The position numbers and the translations under genes are program-made. The notes under the pieces were generated by a model, which searched no databases, was not told the DNA's origin, and saw nothing but the letters and a program-made list of their open reading frames with translations. Source: a bacterium (GTDB taxonomy: Bacteria > Patescibacteriota > UBA1384 > JAGGWG01). Taken from it: 64,000 bases of DNA. The stretch lies in assembly GCA_021157605.1 (NCBI GenBank), contig JAGGWG010000020.1, forward strand, positions 1,110-65,109, written 5' to 3'. Positions 7,985-18,564 of this stretch are shown here, in pieces (the stretch's first letter is position 1; each line of letters begins with the position of its first letter).

Positions 7985-9297
7985 TTTTTAGTTATTATTT
8001 TCCCTGCCCTTTCAGGCACAAAAGCCTGTAAAAATGTGCGCGTAATAGTAATAGCTGAAAACATGCTCATCAAAATCCCAATGCCTAAAGTAACAGCAAA
8101 ACCTTTTATTTGGCCAGTTCCAAAAGAGTATAAAATTAAAGCAATCAAAAGACTGGAAACATTAGAATCTCTAATAGAAGGCCAGGCTCTCTTAAAACCT
8201 TCATTAATAGCCAAGGAGAGATCAGACCCCGATCTAAATTCCTCTTTGGTCCGTTCAAAAATCAAGATATTAGCGTCCACCGCCATACCTATAGAAAGAA
8301 TAAAGCCAGCTATACCAGATAAGGTTAAGGTAAAACCACCCAATTTAAAAAGGGAGAGAACTAAAACTCCATAAATAGAAAGGGCAGCAATAGCCCAAAA
8401 GCCAAAATAACGATAGTTTATCAACATATAAAGAGCCACCAAAAAAAGACCAATAATGCCGGCTACCAAGCTTTTTTGTATTGCTTCCTCACCCAAACTT
8501 GCCTCTACTGTTCTTTCCTCAACCAATTTAATAGGCACTGGCAAAGCACCAGCATTGAGCTGAATAGATAGCCGCTTAGCTTCTTGGGGGGTAAACTGGC
8601 CAGTAATCACCGCTTTGCCGCCAACAATTGCCTCTCTAACTATAGGCAGAGAAACAACTTTATTATCTAAAACAATGGCTACAGGCTTGCCAACATTGCG
8701 TTTAGTTATCTCCTCAAAATGTTTAGCCCCTCTGGAATTAAACTCTATAGAAACCTCCCACTCTTGTGTTTGCTGATTAACTGTAGGCTGAGCCCTTTTT
8801 AGATCTTTGCCAGAAAGTTCAGTCGGCTTAAAGCCAGGCAAAACCTCATTATTTTGATATTTTTTGTCTTCAGTTTGCTCCCAAAACTCAAGCTGGGCAG
8901 TCTGACCTATCAGCTCCTTAGCTTCCTCTAAATCTTTTATACCCGGCAACTCAACCAGAATCCCCCGCTTACCAGAAACAGCAACAGGATTAATCACTGG
9001 TTCACCTATACCAAACTTGTCTACGCGATTACGTATTACTTCCAAAGTAGAATCTGAAGCCGCATTCCGATCCTTAGCCTCTATATTGGAAAGGTCCAGC
9101 TGGTAAAGAAGGTGGGCACCTCCCTTGAGATCCAATCCCAAACGCAAAGGAAAATCATGATGCAAAATCTTATTTCCCCAAGGTAAAATAATCAACAAAC
9201 CTAAAACTAATAAAGCAAAAATTAAAAACAAACGCCAAAAATGTTTTTTTAACCAAATCACAAACTCTATGATAGAAAAGCTTTCTTTACTTTGCAA
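7981..9297 (-). CDS. secD: Protein translocase subunit SecD
   Basis: LGLDLKGGAHLLYQLDL motif typical of the SecD periplasmic domain, followed by an RND-like TM bundle; located upstream of secF. Confidence 0.85.
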   Translation of the reverse strand: MQSKESFSIIEFVIWLKKHFWRLFLIFALLVLGLLIILPWGNKILHHDFPLRLGLDLKGGAHLLYQLDLSNIEAKDRNAASDSTLEVIRNRVDKFGIGEPVINPVAVSGKRGILVELPGIKDLEEAKELIGQTAQLEFWEQTEDKKYQNNEVLPGFKPTELSGKDLKRAQPTVNQQTQEWEVSIEFNSRGAKHFEEITKRNVGKPVAIVLDNKVVSLPIVREAIVGGKAVITGQFTPQEAKRLSIQLNAGALPVPIKLVEERTVEASLGEEAIQKSLVAGIIGLFLVALYMLINYRYFGFWAIAALSIYGVLVLSLFKLGGFTLTLSGIAGFILSIGMAVDANILIFERTKEEFRSGSDLSLAINEGFKRAWPSIRDSNVSSLLIALILYSFGTGQIKGFAVTLGIGILMSMFSAITITRTFLQAFVPERAGKIITKK

Positions 9298-9977
9298 CTA
9301 AGATCTAAATCTTTAATCTTTAAACTCACCCTCTCTTCTTTCCCTTGAGGTGTTAAAAAAGAAAGGGAAACTGAAAAAAGCTGCAAATGCGAAATGTCTA
9401 AAATTTTGCTTGCTTTTTTGCTTAACTTTGAAGCATAAATTTTATCCCCCAAAATCGGATAACCAAGATGGCTGAGATGAACCCTGATTTGATGCCGCCT
9501 TCCTGTGTGTGGCTGAGCTTTAATTAAACTCAAAAAATTAAATTGCTGATATTTTTTATCTTTAAAAATAGTTATCTTTTTAGCAGATATAAGCTTAAAA
9601 AAAGAAAAGGAATAGCGTGCCTTTTTGCCCAAAACTCTAAAACTCTTATGGTCAAGAGCCTCTTTCTGGCTAACAAAAACCAGTGGCTCAAAAGTAAAAG
9701 GTTTCTTATCCCCTCTGCGCAATAACCCCTCAACCTTGACTTCTTTTTCTCTAAACTTGCCCAAAACAACAGCCAGATATTCTTTTTTTACTTTTCTCTC
9801 TTTAAACTGCTTTTGCAAAAACTTTAAGGATTTTTTGTCCTTAGCCACTAAAAGCAAGCCTGAAGTCTCAAAATCCAAGCGGTGGCAAATTAAAGGCGAT
9901 ATCTTTTCTGAAAGCACAAAGGGAGGCTTAAAAACAACTAAAAAATCTTTGCCTTCTTTTATGATTCTGGCTTGCAT
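9267..9977 (-). CDS. RluA-family pseudouridine synthase
   Basis: HRLDFETSGLLLVAKD catalytic motif (HRLD..TSG...AK). Confidence 0.8.
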   Translation of the reverse strand: MQARIIKEGKDFLVVFKPPFVLSEKISPLICHRLDFETSGLLLVAKDKKSLKFLQKQFKERKVKKEYLAVVLGKFREKEVKVEGLLRRGDKKPFTFEPLVFVSQKEALDHKSFRVLGKKARYSFSFFKLISAKKITIFKDKKYQQFNFLSLIKAQPHTGRRHQIRVHLSHLGYPILGDKIYASKLSKKASKILDISHLQLFSVSLSFLTPQGKEERVSLKIKDLDLSCKVKKAFLS

Positions 9978-10945
9978 AGCTCCTTAATTAATTTTTTAGC
10001 TTCTGATGTATCTTTCACCTTGCCAAAACGAATCCGCCATTTTTTGCTGCCAAAAAAATTTTTTAAATACCAAAATATATGGGGCCGAAAATAAAACCAG
10101 GCATTTTCCCCGTATAACTCTTGGGCTAAACCAAAATGCTCTTTAATTACCTTTTTGCGCTCTGCTAGTAGCGGCTCTGCTTTTTGCCAGCCCCGACTAT
10201 TCAAAAACCTCTGTGGGTTCTCTTTAATTAAATCTAAGTTTTCAAATATCCAGGGGTTTCCCAAAGCGCCGCGGGCAACTAAAGCGCCATTAGGTTTTGC
10301 TTTTAAAAACAAACGAGCCAAATCCTTTTGGGAAAAAATATCACCAGTGGCTATTAAAGGAATACTTAATTTTTGTTTTACCAAATTAAACAGATTCCAG
10401 TCAGCTCTGCCGCCAAACTTTTGTTTTACTGTGCGCGGATGCAAAATCAAAGCATCAACCCCTATTTTGTTTAACTCTCCAGCCCATTTTAAAATCTCCT
10501 TCTTACTGCTAAAACCTGATCTTGTTTTTAAAGAAAGGGGAAGGGTAGTTTTGCGTCGCACAATATCAAGAAGAGAGAGGAGTTCCTTCACCTCTCTAAG
10601 CAAAAAACCACCCATTTTCTGCTTTAAAACATTTTTAACCGGACAGGCAAAATTAAGATCTATAGCATCTACTTTTATCTCTTTTTCTAAAATTTCAGCT
10701 GCTTCAGCTAAAACCTTCCCTTTTCTACCTATAAGCTGAGCCACAAGCGGCCGCTCCCTTTTTTTAAATTTAAGTTTTAAAAAAATAGGCTTCAGCCGCC
10801 GCACCAACCCCTCAGCCGGTATCATCTCAGTAAAAACAAAATCCGCCCCAAAAGAACGGGCAATCTGGCGAAAACAAGAATCAGTATAAGACTCCATTGG
10901 GCCTAAACCAACTTTTCTCAGAGACCAATCAAACTTAGAGTTCAT
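9959..10945 (-). CDS. tRNA-dihydrouridine synthase (Dus family, TIM barrel)
   Basis: DLNFACPVKNV, LILHPRT and ATGDIFS segments resemble the Dus FMN-binding barrel. The start may be a downstream Met. Confidence 0.7.
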   Translation of the reverse strand: MNSKFDWSLRKVGLGPMESYTDSCFRQIARSFGADFVFTEMIPAEGLVRRLKPIFLKLKFKKRERPLVAQLIGRKGKVLAEAAEILEKEIKVDAIDLNFACPVKNVLKQKMGGFLLREVKELLSLLDIVRRKTTLPLSLKTRSGFSSKKEILKWAGELNKIGVDALILHPRTVKQKFGGRADWNLFNLVKQKLSIPLIATGDIFSQKDLARLFLKAKPNGALVARGALGNPWIFENLDLIKENPQRFLNSRGWQKAEPLLAERKKVIKEHFGLAQELYGENAWFYFRPHIFWYLKNFFGSKKWRIRFGKVKDTSEAKKLIKELCKPES

Positions 10946-12308
10946 CCTTGCGCTTTATTCTGAAACCGCTAGCAGAATCCTCAACAACAAAACCTAAAGA
11001 TTCAATTTTTTTTCTAATTCTATCTGCCTGCACAAACTTTTTGGCATTTCTCAATTTTTCTCTTTGTTTAGCCAGTTGCCAAATCTCATCTGGCACTTTT
11101 TCCGGCTCTAACTTTAAACCAAAAATTGAAGTTAGACTTTTAAACAAAGTTTTGGAAATCTTTTCTCTCTCTTTATCCCATATACTTATTGCCAAAGCAA
11201 AATTAAAATCATCTTCAATAGCCCTCTTTATCTCTCCTAATACTGCTTTATCGTGAGAACTGCTTGCAGGGGCTTTTTCTTTTGCTTCTCTCAAACGGCT
11301 GACGATTTTAGCTAACTCTTGAATTCGGGAACGCTTGAAATCTAAAGGTTTACGATAATGAGTCAAAAGTAGCGACAATCTGATCCAATCAACCGGATAT
11401 TCAGCCAACAGATCTTCTAAAAGAGCAACATTTTGCAAAGACTTAGACATCTTTTTGCCTTCAATCATAACCTGCCCTAGATGAAGATAATATCTTACTG
11501 GCTCATCTCCGCTAAAAGCTAAACCTTGCGCTCTTTCATTTTCATGATGGGGGAAAATTAGATCTACACCACCGCCATGAATATCAATAGGAAAACCTAA
11601 AAGCTCATGGATCATTGTAGAACACTCAATGTGCCACCCCGGATAACCTTTACCCCACGGACTTTCCCACTGCAATAAATGACCTGGCTCAGCCTTAACC
11701 CAAAGGGCAAAATCTCTGGCTTCTTTTTTATCCTCTTTGGCAATAACACGCACCCCTTTTCTTTGTTCTTCAGGCCTCAATCGGCCAGACAAAAACCCAT
11801 AGTCCTTAATTTTTGCCACTGAAAAATAAACCCCTGTTTTGCTTTCATAGGCATAGCCTTTTTTGAGCAATTTTTGAATAAACTTAATCATTTGGGGAAT
11901 AAAATCTGAAGCCCGGGGAGCAAAAGTAGGCCGCAATACATTTAATTTATCCATTGCTTCAAGGTGTTTTTTTTCAAAATAACGCGCAATCTCAAGCGGC
12001 TCTTTGCCTTGTCGTCTTGCTTCTTTGACTATTTTGTCCTCTGGTTCTTCCCCTTCAGTTAAATGACCAACATCAGTAATATTTTGCACCAAAAGAACCC
12101 TCTTTTGGCTAAATTTAAAGTACCGCCGCACTACATCGTAAAAAACCCCTACTCTGCCGTGTCCTAAGTGGTCTAAAGAGTAAACAGTAGGACCGCAAAC
12201 ATACATAGTAATCTGTGTTTTGGACAACGGCCGAAATTTCTGCTTTCTTTTGGTAAGAGTGTTATAAAATTTAAGCATTATTAACTGATAATAAAAGGTT
12301 TTAGGCAA
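10935..12308 (-). CDS. cysS: Cysteinyl-tRNA synthetase
   Basis: MYVCGPTVYSLDHLGHGR (HIGH motif) and KMSKSLQNV; the length is typical. Confidence 0.9.
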   Translation of the reverse strand: MPKTFYYQLIMLKFYNTLTKRKQKFRPLSKTQITMYVCGPTVYSLDHLGHGRVGVFYDVVRRYFKFSQKRVLLVQNITDVGHLTEGEEPEDKIVKEARRQGKEPLEIARYFEKKHLEAMDKLNVLRPTFAPRASDFIPQMIKFIQKLLKKGYAYESKTGVYFSVAKIKDYGFLSGRLRPEEQRKGVRVIAKEDKKEARDFALWVKAEPGHLLQWESPWGKGYPGWHIECSTMIHELLGFPIDIHGGGVDLIFPHHENERAQGLAFSGDEPVRYYLHLGQVMIEGKKMSKSLQNVALLEDLLAEYPVDWIRLSLLLTHYRKPLDFKRSRIQELAKIVSRLREAKEKAPASSSHDKAVLGEIKRAIEDDFNFALAISIWDKEREKISKTLFKSLTSIFGLKLEPEKVPDEIWQLAKQREKLRNAKKFVQADRIRKKIESLGFVVEDSASGFRIKRKDEL

Positions 12309-12311
12309 ATC

Positions 12312-12509
12312 TCAGATTCCCGTATCCCAGATATTCTCCTCATCTTCCAAATCTAAGCTGTCCATCTTGGGCACCTCGGCCTCTTCCTCTACCTGAGCCA
12401 GATAACCCCCACAAACAGGACACTCGGGTAAAGTTTCATCTTTAGTTTCAAAACTGCAGTTTTCACAACGAAATCGCGGCATAGGTTTTATTTTAGGGTA
12501 CTTTTTCAA
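12312..12509 (-). CDS. Small zinc-ribbon protein (CxxC...CxxC) with acidic C-terminal tail
   Basis: CENCSFETKDETLPECPVCGG followed by the tail DSLDLEDEENIWD; 65 aa immediately upstream of cysS. Confidence 0.4.
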   Translation of the reverse strand: MKKYPKIKPMPRFRCENCSFETKDETLPECPVCGGYLAQVEEEAEVPKMDSLDLEDEENIWDTGI

Positions 12510-12546
12510 AATAAAGGGCTGACTTTTTTTGTCAAGTGGAAAAAAT

Positions 12547-13158
12547 CTAATCGTCGCTTTTGTCTATTGCTTTTCGCCCTTTTAAAGCTTCTCTTAAGGT
12601 GGTTTCATCTGTGTATTCTAAATCTGCTCCAATAGGGAGGCCGGCAGCCAAACGGGAAATTTTTATATTTGGGCTAAGGTTTTTAATCTCTTTGTTAACA
12701 TACATCGCTGTAGCCTCACCCTCAAGAGATGAATCAAAAGCCAAAATTACTTCTTTGGGCTTTTCTTTTTTAATCCTCTGTAAAAGCTCTTTTGTGTGTA
12801 ATTCCTCCTCGTCAGCTAAATATGAAGCAACTAAGCCTCCCAAAACAAAATAAACACCCCTAAACCCCGCTCTCTCTAAAGGCTGAATATGTAGGGGGGT
12901 TTCTACTACAGCAATAATATCTTGGCGACGTTTTTTATCCCGGCAAATCAGACATTCACCCCCATCAGAAAGGTTAAAACAGCGCGGACACTCTTTTAGC
13001 TCTCCAACACCTTTAAGCGCAGCAATAAACTCCTCCAGTTCAGAGGGGTCCATTTTAAAAATAAAGTTAGCCAGCCGTTCAGCTGTTTTCTCCCCAATCT
13101 GGGGCAGTTTTTTCAGTTTAGATATTAAAAAGCGGAATTTTTTAGGATAAAAAGCCAT
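12547..13158 (-). CDS. recR: Recombination protein RecR
   Basis: C4 zinc finger CPRCFNLSDGGECLICRD followed by a Toprim domain. Confidence 0.85.
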   Translation of the reverse strand: MAFYPKKFRFLISKLKKLPQIGEKTAERLANFIFKMDPSELEEFIAALKGVGELKECPRCFNLSDGGECLICRDKKRRQDIIAVVETPLHIQPLERAGFRGVYFVLGGLVASYLADEEELHTKELLQRIKKEKPKEVILAFDSSLEGEATAMYVNKEIKNLSPNIKISRLAAGLPIGADLEYTDETTLREALKGRKAIDKSDD

Positions 13159-13163
13159 AGTCT

Positions 13164-15200
13164 TTATTTAATCTTGTCTTTCTTGTTCTTTTTAGATTCA
13201 TAAAAAGGCAAAATCAAACGGCATTTAGGATAGTTGGCACAACCCAAAAAATAACCAAATCTGCTTTTTCGCAAAACAAGCTTTCCGCCGCATTCCGGAC
13301 ACTTAGGATGCTCTCGGCGGAGTTCTTTTAATCTCTTTTTTTCTTTAGCGCTTAACTCCTGCTCTAAATTGTCTTGATTATTTAAAGACTCTTTATAATT
13401 ACACTTCGGGAAATTGCGGCAACTAATGAATTTGCCAAAACGACCAAATTTAACCACTAATTCACCACCACATTTAGGACATTTTCTTTTTAAAACCTCA
13501 ACTTCAGTTTCCTTTGTCTTTTTAATCTGCGCATCCTTTTCTTTCAGCAGTTTTTCTAAAGGACCATAAAACTCTGCTACTACCTTGCTCCACTCTCTCT
13601 TGCCAAGAGCAATCTCGTCCAGCTCTTTCTCCATTTCAGCAGTAAATTGATAATCAACAAGATGAGGAAAATGTTTGAGCAAAAATTCTGTTACTTTTTC
13701 ACCCAAATCAGTAGGAAAAAGATAGCGTTTTTTCCGTTCAATATAGTGGCGCTTGTAAAGAATATCTATAATCGGCGCATAGGTAGAAGGCCGACCAATG
13801 CCTAAATCCTTGAGCTTTTTCACTAAGCTGGCTTCAGTATAGCGAGCTTTAGGTTTAGTTTGAAAAGCCAAAACCTGCAAATCCAGGGGCTTGAGTTTTT
13901 CTCCCTCTGTTAAATTAGGAATAATAGAGGTCGACATCCAATAAGGATAAATTTTTAAAAAACTTTCAAAAACCTGCTTTAGGCCTTTGGCTAAAAACAC
14001 ATAATCCTTATCTGCCTGAGCTAAAAGATAAATAGTATTTTCTTTAAACTCTGCTGGCTTCATCTGTGAAGCAACTGTCCGCCAAAAAATAAGCTCATAA
14101 AGACGCAACTGATCTTTTTCTAAAAAAGGTTTAACCTTGTCCGGAGAAAGCCCGATATCAGTCGGTCTGATAGCTTCATGTGCTTCCTGCGCATTTTTAG
14201 GAGCTTTATACTTTTTAATTGATTTAGACAAAAATTTAGAGCCAAACTTATTTTGCACAAAAGCTCTAATTTTCTCTACTGCTTCTTGAGCTAAAGTGGG
14301 AGAATCAGTACGCATATAAGTAATAAGACCAATCCTTTTTCCTGAAATCTCTACACCCTCATAAAGTTGTTGAGCTAAAAACATCGTCTTTTTGGCAGTA
14401 AAACCCAAACGTTGAAAAGCATCCTGCTGTAAAGTAGCGGTAATAAAAGGTGCTGGCGGAGAAACAAACTTGCTGCGGGAAATGATTTTTTGTACCTGAA
14501 ACTCTCTATTCTTAAGCTTTTCTTTTATCTTTTCCACTTCTTTTTTGTTCTTAAAATAAAACTTATCCAAAACTTTTTTACCTATCTGGTGCAAGCGAGC
14601 GCTAAATTGAGAACCTTTTTTAAAATCTGCCTGCAGGACAAAATAATCTTTTGGCTGAAACTCTTTAATCTCTTTTTCCCTTTCAACCAGCAAACGCAAA
14701 GCTGCAGACTGGACACGACCAGCAGACAAACCCCTAAGAATCTTGCGCCATAAAAAAGGAGAGAGCTTATAACCAAAAAGACGATCAATAATGCGGCGAG
14801 CTTTCTGCGCTCCCACTAAATCTTCTAAAATCTGGCGCGGCTTTTTTAATGACTCTTTTATTGCCCTTGGAGTAATCTCATGAAAGGTAATACGCTTAGG
14901 ATCTTTAAGTTTCAAAATTTCCTGCAAATGCCAAGCAATAGCTTCCCCTTCTCTGTCAAAATCAGTAGCCAAATAAACCTCTGCGTCCTTAACTGCTTTT
15001 CTAAGCTGACTGATAACTGCCTTTTTCTGAGGCAAAATCCTATACTGAGGAGCAAAATTCTTTTTTATCTCTACTCCAAGCTTAGAACGGGGCAAATCTC
15101 TGATATGCCCATAAGAGGAAAGGACAGAAAAATCCTTTAAAAAACGGGAGATAGTCCGGGCTTTTGCTGGAGACTCAACAATAATAACTTTTTGTTTCAT
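13164..15200 (-). CDS. topA: DNA topoisomerase I
   Basis: N-terminus MKQKVIIVESPAKARTISRFL (Toprim) and C-terminal Cys4 zinc ribbons (CPKCGGEL, CPECGGKL); 678 aa. Confidence 0.9.
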   Translation of the reverse strand: MKQKVIIVESPAKARTISRFLKDFSVLSSYGHIRDLPRSKLGVEIKKNFAPQYRILPQKKAVISQLRKAVKDAEVYLATDFDREGEAIAWHLQEILKLKDPKRITFHEITPRAIKESLKKPRQILEDLVGAQKARRIIDRLFGYKLSPFLWRKILRGLSAGRVQSAALRLLVEREKEIKEFQPKDYFVLQADFKKGSQFSARLHQIGKKVLDKFYFKNKKEVEKIKEKLKNREFQVQKIISRSKFVSPPAPFITATLQQDAFQRLGFTAKKTMFLAQQLYEGVEISGKRIGLITYMRTDSPTLAQEAVEKIRAFVQNKFGSKFLSKSIKKYKAPKNAQEAHEAIRPTDIGLSPDKVKPFLEKDQLRLYELIFWRTVASQMKPAEFKENTIYLLAQADKDYVFLAKGLKQVFESFLKIYPYWMSTSIIPNLTEGEKLKPLDLQVLAFQTKPKARYTEASLVKKLKDLGIGRPSTYAPIIDILYKRHYIERKKRYLFPTDLGEKVTEFLLKHFPHLVDYQFTAEMEKELDEIALGKREWSKVVAEFYGPLEKLLKEKDAQIKKTKETEVEVLKRKCPKCGGELVVKFGRFGKFISCRNFPKCNYKESLNNQDNLEQELSAKEKKRLKELRREHPKCPECGGKLVLRKSRFGYFLGCANYPKCRLILPFYESKKNKKDKIK

Positions 15201-16219
15201 AAAGCTTGATAAAATCCTGAGCCAAGATTTTTTATTTTACCTTTGACCTCTAACTCACTCAGTTTAGCCAAGGTTTTTGAAGCACTCAAGCCAAGATGTT
15301 TTTGAACCTCCTCTATATATCTGGGCTGAGACAAAAACAAAAGCAGAGAATCTGACTTTTTGTTCTTTGTTTTGGGCCAAAAACTAATAAACTCCTCCTC
15401 AATATCTTTAGCCTCAAAAACAGGTTTGGCACCTTGCCTCATTAAAGTAAAGCAACCCTTGCTTGTCAAGCGGAATATATTAGCCGGAACCGCCATAACC
15501 TCCCTGCCATAACGAGCCGCATAACTGGCAGTACTCAATGACCCAGATTTTTCTCCAGCCTCAACTACTACTGTAGCTAAGCTTAAACCGGCAATAATAC
15601 GATTGCGGGCTAAAAAATAGTATCTCTCTGGCTTAAATCGCGGCGGATACTCACTAATGACCGCTCCGCCGCTTCTTACTATTTTTTCCGCCAGCCCCTG
15701 GTTAAGAGAAGGATAAAGAGCTAAAAAACCAGAACCCAAAACCGCCACTGTTTTATGGTCTGACTCTAAAGCTGCTTGATGAGCAAAGCTGTCAATACCC
15801 ACAGCTAAGCCAGAAACAATCACCCAAGGACAGACAAGATTAAAAATTAAATTAAAAACAGCTTTCTTGCCGTACAAAGTCGCCCGTCTTGCTCCTACAA
15901 AAGACAAAGAACGCTGACTTAAACTTTTACTTTTGCCCCAAACAAAAAGATAAACCGGGGGATCAGCAATCTCTTTTAAAATTTGGGGGTAATTTTTTTG
16001 GTCTAGACGCAAAAGATTAAACTCTTTTGCTTCTTTAAACTCTTTTTCTAAAGCCGAGAGATTTAAACTTTCTAAACGTTTATAAAAACTGCGGCTCACA
16101 CCCTTGAGAGGTCTGGGATTTTTAAGATAGCGAGAATTCAGAGCTTGGGCAGACTTAAGAGCTAAAAAATCCTTTTGGGAAGGCAAAGCATTAGCTAAAC
16201 AAAAATCAACAAAACGCAT
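15197..16219 (-). CDS. dprA: DNA processing protein DprA (Smf)
   Basis: VSGLAVGIDSFAHQAALE Rossmann-fold motif; the conserved dprA-topA gene pair. Confidence 0.8.
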   Translation of the reverse strand: MRFVDFCLANALPSQKDFLALKSAQALNSRYLKNPRPLKGVSRSFYKRLESLNLSALEKEFKEAKEFNLLRLDQKNYPQILKEIADPPVYLFVWGKSKSLSQRSLSFVGARRATLYGKKAVFNLIFNLVCPWVIVSGLAVGIDSFAHQAALESDHKTVAVLGSGFLALYPSLNQGLAEKIVRSGGAVISEYPPRFKPERYYFLARNRIIAGLSLATVVVEAGEKSGSLSTASYAARYGREVMAVPANIFRLTSKGCFTLMRQGAKPVFEAKDIEEEFISFWPKTKNKKSDSLLLFLSQPRYIEEVQKHLGLSASKTLAKLSELEVKGKIKNLGSGFYQAL

Positions 16220-16264
16220 TAATTAAAAGATAGTGGCAAAATTTTTTAGAATCAACAAAAAATT

Positions 16265-18517
16265 TTAATCTTTTTGTTTTATTTTCTCCCAAGCTTGAGA
16301 AACCATTTCACTAAAAAGATAAGCCCCTACTTGGTTTATGATTCCATGCTGGCGTTTGCCAAATATCTCTCCCTCTCCCCTTTTCTCCAAATCCCTCAAA
16401 GAGATTTTATAAAACGCTTGCGGCTCTTTTATCAGCGAGAGAAAATCTACTAACCTTTCATAAGAACTATCGGGCAATTTTTTAGGCACAGCCACCCAAA
16501 AATAAGAAACTTGGCCAGCACGACCAATACGCCCTCGCAACTGATAAAGATCTCCTATACCCAACCTGGAGCCATACCAGAGAATCATTGTCTGCGCTCC
16601 GGAAATATCTAAACCATGCTCTACAATAGCAGTAGCCACCAACACATCTACTTTTCGCAAAGAAAAACGGCTTAAAGCCTGAGCCAGCTTATCCTTAGGC
16701 ATCCGGCCGTGAGCCACAGCCACCTCAAACCCCATGAATTTAAGTTTTGAAGATATGTTTAAAACATCTTTAATTAAAGGAGCCACAAAATAAACGCCTT
16801 TTTTCTTCTTGGCTGCCCTCTTAATTACTTTTTCAATCCGGGACCAATCACTTTGGGAAAGAACCCTGTCTTTGATTTTTCTTTCAACCCACCCTTCTAA
16901 AACAGACATTGTTTTGATTTTAGAAAGAGAAAGATAAAGGGTGCGAGGTATGGGGGTAGCGGTTAAGGAAAGAACACTTAGGGAAGGATTTTTAAGACGC
17001 CACTTTTCTTTTTGTTTCACACCAAAACGCTGTTCCTCATCAATAACTGCCAAACCTAAATTTTCAGCTTCTAAAGAAGCGAACAAAAGCTTGTGGGTGC
17101 CAATAAGCAAATCAATCTTTCCTTCATTAAACTTCTTTATTATTTCCTGATTCTTCTTTTCTTTTTGCAGACTGCAAACCAAGGCGACCCTAACGGGCAG
17201 GTTTTGCAAACGCTCTTTAAAAACCAAATACTGCTGTTGAGCCAAAATAGTAGTGGGAGCTAAAAAAACAACCTGCTTATCAGGTAAAAATAAAGAAGCT
17301 ACCCGCAACGCCACCTCAGTTTTGCCTGAACCTGCTGGACCGATCAAAAGATGGTCAAAAGGCCTCTTCTGAAATAACAAGTTTTGAATTTCCTGCAAAG
17401 CCTTTTTTTGGGCAGGGGTCAAACTAAAAGGACAGGTTTTTTCCAGATGCTTTAAAAAAAATTGTCCAAATCTTTTGATCTCTATTTTCTGCCTTTTTAA
17501 ACTTTTATAAAGGGCAAAAAGCTTTTTAGCCAGTTTTTCTGCTTCTGCCTCTGCCAATATTTTTGTTTTTTCCCACCCACTTTTGCCAAGAGAGGAAAGA
17601 TGAGGCTTAAGACCAATATATTTAGTCAGCCGTCTTTTTTCTTTTAAGGGAACATACAAATAAGCATTATTTTGAAAACGCAAGTGATAGTAAAATTCTC
17701 TTCTCTCCGCTTGAGGCAGGACTTGCTCATCTAAACTCAAAGGCAGTTGTTTAGGACCAATACCCTCTAGTTTAGCAATTCCGTGATCAATATGGACTAC
17801 ATAATCGCCAACAGAAAAATCAGTTATGCTCTTAAAACGACGAATTTTAATCTTTTTTTGAAAATCTTTGTCAGTAAAAAAATGCCAGCGGCCCAAACTA
17901 AAACCAGAAAAATCCAAAGGAGGTAAAAAATATATTTTTGCCTTTTTAGCCAAAGCCTTCAAAGCTAATTCATAACGGGAAAAGAGAACCACTCGTTGTT
18001 GAGAAGAATGCGCCAAACGGATTACTTCTTTGAAAGTTGAATAGGAATGGGGCTTACATAAAATTAAAGATTCTGAATGTTTAAGTTCAGAAAACTTTAT
18101 GGGATAAACAAAAAGGGAATCAACTATCTCAAGAGATTTTTGGCTGCGTTGGTCAAAAAAATAGATCCTCTCAAGAGTCTGGTCAAAAAACTCTAAACGC
18201 ACGGGATACAAAGAAACATTATCCCAAAAATCAACCACCTCTCCTCTAAAAGAAAATTGCCCTTTTTCATAAACTAGGGGGGATTCAACAAAACCCAAAG
18301 CAGAAAATTTCTGGCGCAAAACTCTCTGGGAATAATCTTTGCCTTGCCTCAGCCAAATACCCTCCCCTCTCTCTTTGGCCGATATGTGTCGCACAATATA
18401 TAGAAAAAGCTCTGGAGCTTGAGGAACCTCTCCTTTTTTTAAAAAAGAGAGAGTGCGCTGAACTTCGGGTTCAGCAGCGAACCCTGTTATTATTTTTTCT
18501 AACGGCCGCATTTCCAT
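16265..18517 (-). CDS. mfd: Transcription-repair coupling factor Mfd, short form lacking the N-terminal UvrB-homology/UvrA-binding module
   Basis: CarD/RID-like segment FSVGDYVVHIDHGIAKLEGI; SF2 helicase motifs GPAGSGKTEVA, DEEQRFGV and LSLTATPIPRTL; TRCF C-terminal domain. Only 750 aa, and rplK begins 48 bp upstream, so there is no room for a longer N-terminus. Confidence 0.8.
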   Translation of the reverse strand: MEMRPLEKIITGFAAEPEVQRTLSFLKKGEVPQAPELFLYIVRHISAKERGEGIWLRQGKDYSQRVLRQKFSALGFVESPLVYEKGQFSFRGEVVDFWDNVSLYPVRLEFFDQTLERIYFFDQRSQKSLEIVDSLFVYPIKFSELKHSESLILCKPHSYSTFKEVIRLAHSSQQRVVLFSRYELALKALAKKAKIYFLPPLDFSGFSLGRWHFFTDKDFQKKIKIRRFKSITDFSVGDYVVHIDHGIAKLEGIGPKQLPLSLDEQVLPQAERREFYYHLRFQNNAYLYVPLKEKRRLTKYIGLKPHLSSLGKSGWEKTKILAEAEAEKLAKKLFALYKSLKRQKIEIKRFGQFFLKHLEKTCPFSLTPAQKKALQEIQNLLFQKRPFDHLLIGPAGSGKTEVALRVASLFLPDKQVVFLAPTTILAQQQYLVFKERLQNLPVRVALVCSLQKEKKNQEIIKKFNEGKIDLLIGTHKLLFASLEAENLGLAVIDEEQRFGVKQKEKWRLKNPSLSVLSLTATPIPRTLYLSLSKIKTMSVLEGWVERKIKDRVLSQSDWSRIEKVIKRAAKKKKGVYFVAPLIKDVLNISSKLKFMGFEVAVAHGRMPKDKLAQALSRFSLRKVDVLVATAIVEHGLDISGAQTMILWYGSRLGIGDLYQLRGRIGRAGQVSYFWVAVPKKLPDSSYERLVDFLSLIKEPQAFYKISLRDLEKRGEGEIFGKRQHGIINQVGAYLFSEMVSQAWEKIKQKD

Positions 18518-18564
18518 GTAGCTTTTATGTGGAGTTCAAAATATTATCTCCTCTTGTTTACACC

